Part shown: positions 37,890-47,312 of the stretch, in pieces | Layout of the letters: the number at the start of each line of letters is the position of its first letter | Numbering within the stretch: the stretch's first letter is position 1 | IMG/VR virus record: IMGVR_UViG_3300001528_000580 | Location: 96,001-160,000 of that record | DNA length: 64,000 nucleotides | Strand: one strand, 5' to 3' | From: a virus | Taxonomy: Duplodnaviria; Caudoviricetes | Notes under the pieces: generated by a model | Database searches by the model: none | What the model was told of the DNA's origin: nothing | What the model saw: only the letters and a program-made list of their open reading frames with translations | Made by a program: the position numbers and the translations under genes

Positions 37890-38267
37890 TTATTTAAAAA
37901 ATTCTTCATAGTTAGGGTTTTTATACCAGTTAGTAATATAACCTTTTGAAATATTGAGATTAATATAATCTCCATATCCATCAGAATCAGGTATAGCTTT
38001 ATTAGGAACATAATTATCTTCAATAGAAGCAATTATGTTTTTGTTTTTGTCAAGAAGATAATAACTTCCAGAATCAACTGGTTTTGCAAAGAAATTATAA
38101 TCAATATCTTTAGGGAAATTAATTATTTCACCAGTTTCAACATCGACAATAATTTTCCAACGATCCCAACCATGTTTAGATTTTTCTCTACAAGGAAAAT
38201 CTTCTGGAATTTCATCATCATACATTACAGGAACATCAATTTTTAGGAATTTTATATCTTTCATCAT
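37890..38267 (-). CDS. conserved phage hypothetical protein
   Basis: W...D..TG.I.N..K..D.G.Y.LLD..YVP..GYGDYI.L.I..G.I.NW. Confidence 0.8.
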   Translation of the reverse strand: MMKDIKFLKIDVPVMYDDEIPEDFPCREKSKHGWDRWKIIVDVETGEIINFPKDIDYNFFAKPVDSGSYYLLDKNKNIIASIEDNYVPNKAIPDSDGYGDYINLNISKGYITNWYKNPNYEEFFK

Positions 38268-38559
38268 TTATAACTCCATAAGATATTTTATTTTATTAAC
38301 AGAAAAAACAATCCATAACAATATACTTGTTAAATTCAAGATAATAGAAATAACAAATAACTTTTTATAGTTACAAATCATTCCAATAATCCAAAGCAAC
38401 AAAGCTACAATAGCAATAAAGTTATATATCATATTAATTTCCTATTTATTATAAATTGATAAAAACAGAAAAATTGCAACAGCGATCATAATAATTGCGA
38501 TCATATTAACTCCATATATTTTTATAACATTAAAAGTTGCAATTTTTTCGTTTTTATCT

Positions 38560-38889
38560 TTAATAAGAATATTGTTTCCTTGATTTAACAATAAAAACTT
38601 TTCCGTTATCATAATCAATAAGATCAACATATTTCATCGAAAATTTTTCTTTCAATTGAATATCAAATTGATTAAATTTGTTAATCGTGTCAACATCAAA
38701 TTTTTTCAATCCATTGATATCTTGATCTGTTAAATCAATTTCAACATATTTCCAATCAGATTTGTTATAAGAATCATATTCTTCTGTAAGTCCTTCACAA
38801 TCAATTGTTTCAAAAATATCTTGTGTTACATTTTTGAATATTTTTGTATTGAGTTGTGAAAAATAATTATTGAAATTATAAACTGGCAT
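38560..38889 (-). CDS. hypothetical protein
   Basis: AAGGAG RBS; promoter at 38921. Confidence 0.7.
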   Translation of the reverse strand: MPVYNFNNYFSQLNTKIFKNVTQDIFETIDCEGLTEEYDSYNKSDWKYVEIDLTDQDINGLKKFDVDTINKFNQFDIQLKEKFSMKYVDLIDYDNGKVFIVKSRKQYSY

Positions 38890-38958
38890 AATAGAATATT
38901 CTCCTTATATTTTGATATTAATATAATACATTAACAACTGTTTTGCAAGTTTATTTTT

Positions 38959-39180
38959 TTATTTTTTCTGTATTTCTCTAAATGTTTGTTTGATTAAAGA
39001 GAATATTTTTTCAAATTCAGGATGATTTCCGTTTTTTATAGGAAAATTTCTAATAAGCCAAGATACAGAACTTAATACTGTTCCACTATCTTTGCTTTTT
39101 AATCCTTCTTTTCTCATTTCAGGAATGAGTAATCCTTCTTCAATTTCAATAGCTTCAACAAGTTTATCGATAGTACTCAT
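38959..39180 (-). CDS. hypothetical protein
   Basis: ORF track. Confidence 0.65.
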   Translation of the reverse strand: MSTIDKLVEAIEIEEGLLIPEMRKEGLKSKDSGTVLSSVSWLIRNFPIKNGNHPEFEKIFSLIKQTFREIQKK

Positions 39181-39203
39181 TTTTTCTTTCCCTATAAATC
39201 TAT

Positions 39204-39386
39204 TTATTCAACATCTGGCAACTTAATATCTGCAAATTTCTCAAGTTCATTTTTTGCATTAATCAATTCTTGTTTTTCTTGATTAAAGCATCCTAAATCA
39301 GTAATGCAAAAATCTCTATCTTCATTATACACATAATATTTTTCTGCATAGTTATGAATAAGTTTTGCAAGTTTGTCTTTATTCAT
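39204..39386 (-). CDS. hypothetical protein
   Basis: AAGGAG RBS. Confidence 0.65.
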   Translation of the reverse strand: MNKDKLAKLIHNYAEKYYVYNEDRDFCITDLGCFNQEKQELINAKNELEKFADIKLPDVE

Positions 39387-39888
39387 TTACATTCTCCTTT
39401 TTAAATTTATCCTTTAAATTTAACAATACCTTCAATGTATTTTCATCAGAATGTTTTATAAATTCATCGACATCAACTTTTTTAATAGTATCTATAAAAT
39501 ATTTTGTTCCATTATATATCATAATTTTTTCATCATCTGAAAATTTAGGATTCATTGATGCAAATTCTCTTGTTCCTGCTGATCCAATATAAAAATCATT
39601 ATTTTTAAATGTTTCACGAAAATTATTTCTTATTTTTGTGCTTATGGCAGCATCTCTTGAAGCCATAAAAACAATTCCTGATGTAAGGAATGTCATCATT
39701 ACACATACCATTAAATGGGATGTTGTATCTGCTGAAACCGAAAACATTTGATAACAATGTTCAATAAATTTATTTTTATTTCCCAAAATGCCTAATAAAA
39801 GAATAAACAAACCATATAAGATTATAAAAGCTACAAAAGAAAAACCAATTGTCCCAATGATCAATCCAACATTCCAATCATATTCCAT
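39379..39888 (-). CDS. membrane protein
   Basis: two TM segments; AAGGAG RBS; promoter at 39937-39966. Confidence 0.75.
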   Translation of the reverse strand: MEYDWNVGLIIGTIGFSFVAFIILYGLFILLLGILGNKNKFIEHCYQMFSVSADTTSHLMVCVMMTFLTSGIVFMASRDAAISTKIRNNFRETFKNNDFYIGSAGTREFASMNPKFSDDEKIMIYNGTKYFIDTIKKVDVDEFIKHSDENTLKVLLNLKDKFKKENVNE

Positions 39889-39991
39889 TATAATTTCTCC
39901 TTAAAATAAAAATGGTGTATAGTTACCACATACGAATAATATACACCAAAAATTGTAAAATTCAAATGTTGTCATTGAATTTTTTATTTTT

Positions 39992-40523
39992 TTATGCGAA
40001 TTGAACTTTGCATCCTTTTACTGTTTTTATTTTCCCTGTTAAACACTTTCTAACTGATGATTCATCGACACCTAAAACAGAGGCTCCAATACCTATTGAT
40101 GGTAATTTTCTTTCAAGTCCATTTGAATAAATAAATTTAATTTCTTTACCACCTTTTAATCTTGATTGTTTTATTCTTTTTTCATAATCAGAAGATTTTT
40201 TAATAAAATTTTCTCTGCGATTATGAATAACATAATCTAAGTTGAGTAGTTCTTTTCTTGTAATCCATTTAAGATTTTCAACACTGTTATTTGTTTGATT
40301 AAAATCTTTATGAAATACATCATATTTTATATCATTTTGCAGGTTTAAGAATCTTTTCATGAACATTAGACCATTTGATTGTTCTATGCTGAATAGTTCC
40401 TGTTATTTTATTATCTAATTCCGCTATTCCTGTTATATTACATTCTACTCTTTTAACTCTACCAAAATTTGAAATTTGATACAATCCCTTATAACCTTTT
40501 ATATCTTTCCATTTTTCTTGCAT
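39992..40523 (-). pseudogene. split NUMOD4-HNH-NUMOD1 homing endonuclease
   Basis: NUMOD4 (WKDIKGYKGLYQISNFGRV) in one frame; degenerate HNH (H.D..TNN.VENL.W) and NUMOD1 in another; the usual VHRLVA segment is missing at the junction ~40340. Confidence 0.7.
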
Positions 40524-40592
40524 TAATAAAACTCCTTTGTTAAGTTTAATATATAATATAATACAAGAATAACAAAATACAAGCTAAAGTTA

Positions 40593-41159
40593 TTAATTTA
40601 TTAATTGTGTTTTGATAAAATCAGTTGAGTTCATCCATTGCTTATGTTCTAAAGAATAAACTTCTTCAAGCATTTCAATTAACAACGGGTTGTGGCAAGA
40701 TAAAATAAATTGATTGTTATTTTCACAACTATTTTTAATAGCATTTCCAAGCGTTTTGATTGACCTAATAGATAAAGACATATCAGGTTCATCAAGAATG
40801 ATAAGCGTATTCTTGACTTCTTCTATATGCTTTAAAATTGATTTATTAATTTCTCCATGAGATTTAAAATGTGAAAGTAATGCAAATTCATACAAATTTC
40901 CATCGTTTGCATATTTATCAAGATTACTTGTTCTTGTATTCATTTTTTCAAAATCAAAAAAGATAAAGTTCATTTTATCTTTCATAATAACTTTAATATA
41001 ACTTTTATCTTTATTTTTTGTATGTTCGACGATAGCTTTAATTAAAGAACTTTTGCCACAACCATTATCTCCAACAATAGGATTAATTTTTTTAAATTCA
41101 ATAACTAAATCTTTCTTTAAACATCTAAAATCTTTAACAAATGAAATTTTTTCAAGCAT
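40593..41159 (-). CDS. stand-alone ABC/AAA-type ATPase
   Basis: GDNGCGKS Walker A, SHGE signature, IILDEPD Walker B, SCH H-loop. Confidence 0.85.
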   Translation of the reverse strand: MLEKISFVKDFRCLKKDLVIEFKKINPIVGDNGCGKSSLIKAIVEHTKNKDKSYIKVIMKDKMNFIFFDFEKMNTRTSNLDKYANDGNLYEFALLSHFKSHGEINKSILKHIEEVKNTLIILDEPDMSLSIRSIKTLGNAIKNSCENNNQFILSCHNPLLIEMLEEVYSLEHKQWMNSTDFIKTQLIN

Positions 41160-41240
41160 AATAAAAACCTTATATTTTTTAACTCAAAAAAAATATTGGA
41201 TAATTCTTTATCCAATATTTATATTTTATTTGAGAATTAT

Positions 41241-41435
41241 TTATTCATAATATTCGTCATCGTCATCTTCTGCAAATCTTATGTGTTCACGTTTATATTT
41301 TTTCTTTGGCGGTTTTGCTCTATCTCTATCCATAAAAGATTTATTCTTTCCATGTTTTTTATTGTATCTGTTTTTATTGTGACTTTTATCTGGATCGTAA
41401 TTAAAATCCTCAATTTTTTCTTTCATTATAAACAC
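41241..41435 (-). CDS. small basic protein with acidic tail
   Basis: ORF track; AGGTG RBS. Confidence 0.6.
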   Translation of the reverse strand: MFIMKEKIEDFNYDPDKSHNKNRYNKKHGKNKSFMDRDRAKPPKKKYKREHIRFAEDDDDEYYE

Positions 41436-41486
41436 CTAGCAGTTAATACTTATCCTATTTTTTTACAAACCTACTTCATGTAGATT

Positions 41487-41792
41487 TTATTTTTTAATTC
41501 CTGTATGAGTTATAACAGTGAACCCATTTTGTTTAAATTTTGGTCTTGCTGTAATTGTGATGGTTTGTTTATTATCAAATGCATCTTTGAATTCTTGAAT
41601 TTTTGAACCATAGTAATTACAAACATATTTGTTGTTTTCTTCATCTTCAAATTCAATTGTATATTTATCTTTATAATCAGCTCTTTCATTTTCGATCAAG
41701 TTGATTTTGATAACTTTTACTTTGATTACCAAACGTACTGGCTCAAGATAGCCACGGTTTTTTGAATCAAAAAATTTCATCTTTAGCTCCAA
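41487..41792 (-). CDS. hypothetical protein, possible OB fold
   Basis: beta-strand pattern. Confidence 0.6.
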   Translation of the reverse strand: MELKMKFFDSKNRGYLEPVRLVIKVKVIKINLIENERADYKDKYTIEFEDEENNKYVCNYYGSKIQEFKDAFDNKQTITITARPKFKQNGFTVITHTGIKK

Positions 41793-42109
41793 TATTTGTT
41801 TGTCTTGTTCTTCTGATTATTATTTGTGTAATTATCTACAATTAGATTGTTTAATTTTTCAAACTTTTTTGTTTGTCCTCCGAATAATGATAAATCAGAA
41901 TATTTTTTTAATCCTAATTCTAGATATAATCCTGATCCCCATTCAGAATATAAAATATAAAGACTGCATTTAACATTTATCGAATTAAAATATATTATAT
42001 TTGCAAGTCCGCCTCTTGACGTTTTTATCGTTTCTTTATTATAATATTTTATTTCGTTTTCTTTTAAAAATTTTCTTAGATTTTTTTCTATTGTGTCACA
42101 AAAAAACAT
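41783..42109 (-). CDS. hypothetical protein
   Basis: promoter at 42139-42168; RBS. Confidence 0.65.
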   Translation of the reverse strand: MFFCDTIEKNLRKFLKENEIKYYNKETIKTSRGGLANIIYFNSINVKCSLYILYSEWGSGLYLELGLKKYSDLSLFGGQTKKFEKLNNLIVDNYTNNNQKNKTNKYWS

Positions 42110-42251
42110 TTTTTAAAATTCCTATTGCTTCTTATACTAAATATACACCATATTTTGTAAAATGCAAATATTGAAAAACAAAAAACATGAAAAATAAAAA
42201 TATATAATTATGGATAATAATATAAATATTTAGGAAATAAAAAAATAAAAA

Positions 42252-42485
42252 TTATTTATCTTTATCCTTATCTTGATTTTTATTGTCTTTATCATTATTA
42301 TCTTTATCCTTATTGTCAAATAATGATGTTATCCATAAAATCGCTATATATAAAAAGCATATCAATGAAATGATATTCCAAAATATTGACATCTCATATA
42401 CTTTCATATAGAAATACTGATTTTTTAAAATGAGTGCGATTAATGCAAGAATTGCATAAAATCTTATCTCAACCATTCTCATCAT
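42252..42485 (-). CDS. small membrane protein
   Basis: two hydrophobic segments; AGGAG RBS. Confidence 0.55.
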   Translation of the reverse strand: MMRMVEIRFYAILALIALILKNQYFYMKVYEMSIFWNIISLICFLYIAILWITSLFDNKDKDNNDKDNKNQDKDKDK

Positions 42486-42650
42486 AATATTTTTTCTCCT
42501 AATCTACTGCATGTAGAAACTTTGCTTTAAAGATAAAAAATATAGAAAAAAATAAGTTTTAAAGCTCTTGTGATTGATGTTGCGTTTTTCCTATGCTTAT
42601 TTATTATATAGCTGTTAATTTTTCTCTATGGTGCTTTAAAACGCAAATAA

Positions 42651-42684
42651 AAAGGAGCTTGTAAAATACTTTACAAGCTCCTTT
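42651..42684 (-). terminator. intrinsic terminator of the DUF932 gene
   Basis: AAAGGAGCTTGTAAA..TTTACAAGCTCCTTT plus U run. Confidence 0.8.
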
Positions 42685-42697
42685 AGTAGCTTATTGA

Positions 42698-43675
42698 TTA
42701 AGCGGCAACATATTCCATTGCAGTATCAAAAGCGATATCTACAACCTTTTTACCGTTTCCGAAAAGGATGTTGTTACCACGATCTTTGATACGATTACCG
42801 CCAATATAATGTTCAACAGATTCTTCAACACCATTGAACAAACCATAAAGAGTGTTCACGATTCCAAGTTCCTTCGTGCCACTTCCCTTGTAAACGGACT
42901 CACGGAATGTCGAAAGAACATTGTTGGCAGTTGTCTTTGCCTTACCATCTTTCATTTCTTCAATGTCTTTGATGCTCATTCCATAGGCACGATCCATTAC
43001 CTTGTCAAGATAAGTATCAACAAATCCTGCATCGATTTTGACATCCAACATGCGCTTGAACGCATCGTTCTGCTTTTCAAAAGCAGCTTTGGTTTCAGAA
43101 TAAATCTTCCGAACTTCTTCCAAACGCATGTTCATCTTCATGGTATGTTTGATTTTATTCTTAATACCATCTTCGTTAAGAGCAACCTGCAACGTATTAT
43201 TGCAAACAACACGGATAGTTGTCGGCATAACCTGAACTGCACGACTTCCATCATGACTCCACATGAACAGAAGATACTGCTTCAAAACATCATCATGAAC
43301 AAGTTCAATCTCTCCTTGCTTGAGAAGAATCCAACACACTTCTCCATTACGCAAGGCTCCGGCAGTTTCATATGTCCACAAATCAGAAGTAATCAAAGGA
43401 TCACACCAACCAAATGCTTCTTTGTTCTGAAGGATATTATAACGTTCACGACAAGTTCCAAGAACTCTCATATCTTTATCACGAACAAGAGCAAACTCCT
43501 GTGTTTCATGGAGATTTCCATTGTGCTGAAACATAAGTGGAAATCTTTCCACTTTCCAATCAAGCCCACTTGCAACGTAGGCTTCATCTGTGTTGGGAGC
43601 ATCCGCAAGAACATTGCCAAGTCCATGCCATGCGTTTTGCCTGACGAAGAATCCAGATTCAAACAGAGCTGCCAT
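42698..43675 (-). CDS. DUF932 (TIGR03299 phage/plasmid-like) protein
   Basis: R..AWHGLG, GLDW.V, Y..LQN.EAF, ETAGAL..G, SHDGS, IRVVCNNTL, I.HT. Confidence 0.92.
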   Translation of the reverse strand: MAALFESGFFVRQNAWHGLGNVLADAPNTDEAYVASGLDWKVERFPLMFQHNGNLHETQEFALVRDKDMRVLGTCRERYNILQNKEAFGWCDPLITSDLWTYETAGALRNGEVCWILLKQGEIELVHDDVLKQYLLFMWSHDGSRAVQVMPTTIRVVCNNTLQVALNEDGIKNKIKHTMKMNMRLEEVRKIYSETKAAFEKQNDAFKRMLDVKIDAGFVDTYLDKVMDRAYGMSIKDIEEMKDGKAKTTANNVLSTFRESVYKGSGTKELGIVNTLYGLFNGVEESVEHYIGGNRIKDRGNNILFGNGKKVVDIAFDTAMEYVAA

Positions 43676-43730
43676 AGTAATACCTCCTATTTTTATTGAT
43701 TACTGGCGACAAGTTTTCCTTGTTTCTACA

Positions 43731-43762
43731 TATACTATACACCTAAAAAAGAAAAAATCAAG
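43731..43762 (-). promoter_or_regulatory. early promoter
   Basis: TTGATT-16-(AGGTG)TATAGT. Confidence 0.75.
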
Positions 43763-43798
43763 TCCTATTTTTAAAAAATTGTTTTTTTCTTTAAATTT

Positions 43799-44818
43799 TT
43801 ATTCATCTAATTCAGAACAAAAATTTTTAAATTTATCAAACAAATCACTTTTGTCAATTAAAATAACATCATTGAAAGATATTGACTTACTAAACGATAC
43901 AATATTCATAATAAACTTTAATCTTTTCATGAATATTTCATAATTGTTAGTTGAATCACAAAATCTCAATTCAATAGTTTTTTCATTAGTTAAATTTACA
44001 GCTTCGCAATGATCGGAACAAAATTTTAACCCCCATTGATTTTCACTTTTTGAAGCTCTTTCACAGTAATCGGTTAATCTTCTCCCACCAATTTTTTGCA
44101 TTAATTCTTCATTATTATTAACAAAATAATCAATAACACGAAGATTTTCTTCATCAAAAAACTTTCTTGATAAATGAAAATGAAGTCCACATCCGTTAAT
44201 ATTACTCATATTATATTTTTGCATAAGAGTAAATATATTTTTCCATTCATTCGATTCAATATGATATCTTAATGTAGCTGGATGTGAAACTATTTCAACA
44301 CCATCCAAACTTAAACTACCATCTGATTTACAATAAACAAAATTATTTTGATTTGATATATCTTTAACAAAATTAATGTTATCATAATTATCAATACATG
44401 GATTAATTTCAAGTTCAATACCAATAAATAAATTGGTTTTTTCATTTTTATTTTTATGGAAAATCGGTTTTGGTTTAAAGAGATAATCATGAATTTTACC
44501 ATTATCATTATTATCATTATCTTTATTAAAACAATCAGAGCAAATTAAATTTCCTGCCATTTTAGTATTTGGCTTTTCTTTATGGCAACGGCTACATTGA
44601 AAATATTCATATTCACAAAATGAGCATACTATTTTATCATTAATATGATATTTTTCAAAGTCATATTCACAATAACTAATCTTACAAGAACTACATTTGT
44701 ATAAACGTGATCTTGCACATTCTTTACAAGAAAATTCAAAACCATTAAATGTGGCAAACTTCCGCATTTCATCTTCATTGTAAGTGTTCTTACAAAAAAA
44801 GCATGTTTTTTGTTCCAT
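43799..44818 (-). CDS. putative amidoligase with 3 Zn fingers
   Basis: IGIELEI, KSDGSL, GVEIVSHP, CGLHFH, TIELRF. Confidence 0.85.
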   Translation of the reverse strand: MEQKTCFFCKNTYNEDEMRKFATFNGFEFSCKECARSRLYKCSSCKISYCEYDFEKYHINDKIVCSFCEYEYFQCSRCHKEKPNTKMAGNLICSDCFNKDNDNNDNGKIHDYLFKPKPIFHKNKNEKTNLFIGIELEINPCIDNYDNINFVKDISNQNNFVYCKSDGSLSLDGVEIVSHPATLRYHIESNEWKNIFTLMQKYNMSNINGCGLHFHLSRKFFDEENLRVIDYFVNNNEELMQKIGGRRLTDYCERASKSENQWGLKFCSDHCEAVNLTNEKTIELRFCDSTNNYEIFMKRLKFIMNIVSFSKSISFNDVILIDKSDLFDKFKNFCSELDE

Positions 44819-44829
44819 AAAATTAATCC

Positions 44830-45819
44830 TTATTTTTTATTTTGATCAATAACTTCCGCAAGTTTATTGAAGCATTCAATATTATTTAAAAATGATACAT
44901 ATAATTTCAATAATTTTCCTTTTCTTGTTACAATATCCTTCTTATCAATAGCTGAAAAAAATCTATTATAATCTTTAATACATATTGCTTTTTCTTTTAA
45001 TGATTTATTGAACATCTTAAAATTGAAAAAAAGTATTAAGGAATAAATAAACATTATTCTAAGATAAAATTCATTAATATCATTTGTTGATTTACAAAAT
45101 CTAAATTCAATTGTATTGGGATTTTCTAAATTTAAAATACAATATCTGTTAAATGTTGTTGAACCCCATTGATCATAATTTTTTCTTATACGTTGACAAT
45201 AATGATTTAATTTTCTTCCACCAATCTTTTCTAACATTTGTACAACTTTGCTATCGTTGATAAATAAATCAAGTAGAAATAATTCTCTTGAAGAAAAAAT
45301 CTCTTTATTTACATGAAAATGTAAACCACAATTTTTGTTTTTTGTCATTTCATATTTATTAATAAGATTAAAAATTTTATCCCATTTTGCATTTCTTAAA
45401 TGAAAATCAAAAGTACCAGGATGGCTTACAATCTCAACACCTTCATCTCCAATTGAACCGTCTCGTTTGAATATAAAAAAATTATTTTTATTAATTTTAT
45501 TACATTCTTTAATAAATTCATTAAAATAATATCCATCACGATTAATTGAATTAATTTCTAATTCAACTCCAATGACTTCTTTATCAACTCCGAATCTTTT
45601 CCACTTTGGCTTATAATAATGTGATTTAATAACATTACATATTGAACAAGTATGCTCAATACATAATCCCAAAAACTTTTTAGGTTTAAAATACCGATGA
45701 CATTTTCCACATCTCTTAAAATATTTTTCAAAACATTCTTCGCATAATGGTATGTTATCTAAATATACAATTTTGCCATATACTTCTTCATTACATTTAT
45801 TGCATTTCATATTTATCAA
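44830..45819 (-). CDS. putative amidoligase with ~2 Zn fingers
   Basis: IGVELEI, KRDGSI, GVEIVSHP, CGLHFH, RYCILN, TIEFRF. Confidence 0.85.
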   Translation of the reverse strand: MINMKCNKCNEEVYGKIVYLDNIPLCEECFEKYFKRCGKCHRYFKPKKFLGLCIEHTCSICNVIKSHYYKPKWKRFGVDKEVIGVELEINSINRDGYYFNEFIKECNKINKNNFFIFKRDGSIGDEGVEIVSHPGTFDFHLRNAKWDKIFNLINKYEMTKNKNCGLHFHVNKEIFSSRELFLLDLFINDSKVVQMLEKIGGRKLNHYCQRIRKNYDQWGSTTFNRYCILNLENPNTIEFRFCKSTNDINEFYLRIMFIYSLILFFNFKMFNKSLKEKAICIKDYNRFFSAIDKKDIVTRKGKLLKLYVSFLNNIECFNKLAEVIDQNKK

Positions 45820-46549
45820 AATCTTCTTTTTTAAGGTATTTCATTTTAAAATCAATTACAAATTCCTTAAACATATTGTAAATTTTTTCAGCAGAGTTAG
45901 ATGTAATTTCTGAAAAAGAATGACGCTTACAAAAATGTGCAATACAATAAATTAATTCCATACGTTTAAAAAATGTAGCCATGTGACTTGTTGTATTACA
46001 AAATCTTAATTCAATGGTTGAATTTGTAACGTGAAATGCAGAGAAATGATCTACATCTACACGACCCCATTCACTAATATTTTTCATTCTCCTATTAGAA
46101 TAAGATGAAAAATCTCTCCCACCAATAAAGGTAACGAAATTTGCTATTTTATTGTAGTTATTAATGAAGAAATCAATAGTTTTAATATTATCAGAATCAA
46201 AAAATGTTTTACTAAGATGGAAGTGAAGCCCACAACCATTACCATATGTGATCTTATATTTCTTAATATTATTGAAAATATTCTTCCATTCAAAGCAATT
46301 TTCATGAAATTTTATAGTTGCAGGATGGCTTACAATTTCAACACCGTTATAAACAGTACAATCTTCTTTGAAATAGATAAAATCTTCATCTTGATTAACA
46401 TTACTTAAAAAATCATTTAACATTCCATTTTCGCAATTATCAGTTGTTGTATTAACTTCTAATTCTACTCCGATAAAAAAATCATCTTTACATTTACCAT
46501 AAAAGACAAACTCATCTGGACGATATGAATCATAATGTATTTTTTTCAT
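45797..46549 (-). CDS. putative amidoligase, catalytic domain only
   Basis: IGVELEV, KEDCT, GVEIVSHP, CGLHFH, TIELRF. Confidence 0.83.
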   Translation of the reverse strand: MKKIHYDSYRPDEFVFYGKCKDDFFIGVELEVNTTTDNCENGMLNDFLSNVNQDEDFIYFKEDCTVYNGVEIVSHPATIKFHENCFEWKNIFNNIKKYKITYGNGCGLHFHLSKTFFDSDNIKTIDFFINNYNKIANFVTFIGGRDFSSYSNRRMKNISEWGRVDVDHFSAFHVTNSTIELRFCNTTSHMATFFKRMELIYCIAHFCKRHSFSEITSNSAEKIYNMFKEFVIDFKMKYLKKEDFDKYEMQ

Positions 46550-46558
46550 TTTAATTTC

Positions 46559-47296
46559 CTAAATAATATTTTTGTTTTTCAAAAGTGTTTTGATATATAA
46601 AGATTCTTCAAATCCGTTATTATTCAAAAAATCAACAAACATTTTGATATTATTTTTTACAGCAATATCAATAAAACTAGTTTGTTTAACAAATAATATA
46701 ATATTTCTAACAATAAATAATTTTTGTAAAAACATATTATATTGTGTTGGAGATAAGAAAAATCTCAATTCAATAGTTTCACTGTTTGTTAAATTAATTG
46801 CGTCACAATGATCGGAAATTACAGAAGAACCCCAATCATGAAATCTTTTATTTCTTCTTTTACAGTAATATCCAAATTCTCTATCTCCAAATGCTTCCAT
46901 CATTTCTTTATTATTATTAATAAAAAAATCAAGTGTTGCAATATTATCAATAGAGAATCCATTTTTGTTAATGTGAAAATGAAGTCCACAACCAGTATTA
47001 TCATACATCATTGTTTCTGATAAAATATCATATAATTTTTTCCATTTATTACTTTTAAGATGAAAGTCAAATGAAGCCGGATGACTTACAATCTCTATTC
47101 CTTTGCTACCAATACTTGCATCATTTTTACAATAGAAAAAACTATCGTTATCTAACATATATGAACATGTATATTTATCTTCTCCAATAATTTCCAGTTC
47201 AATGCCATAAAATTCATTGATATTTTTATTTAATCTTTTTTCTTCATCAGTTGTGAAAAATATTGGTTCAGGTTTAAAGCTATGTGACTGAATCAT
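46559..47296 (-). CDS. putative amidoligase, catalytic domain only
   Basis: YGIELEI, KNDAS, GIEIVSHP, CGLHFH, TIELRF. Confidence 0.85.
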   Translation of the reverse strand: MIQSHSFKPEPIFFTTDEEKRLNKNINEFYGIELEIIGEDKYTCSYMLDNDSFFYCKNDASIGSKGIEIVSHPASFDFHLKSNKWKKLYDILSETMMYDNTGCGLHFHINKNGFSIDNIATLDFFINNNKEMMEAFGDREFGYYCKRRNKRFHDWGSSVISDHCDAINLTNSETIELRFFLSPTQYNMFLQKLFIVRNIILFVKQTSFIDIAVKNNIKMFVDFLNNNGFEESLYIKTLLKNKNII

Positions 47297-47312
47297 TTTA
47301 ATACCTTTAAAG

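Noticed and set aside
42809-43699. 296-aa plus-strand ORF
   Set aside because: Antisense shadow of the DUF932 gene, whose codon usage leaves the opposite frame stop-free; no RBS or recognisable motifs.
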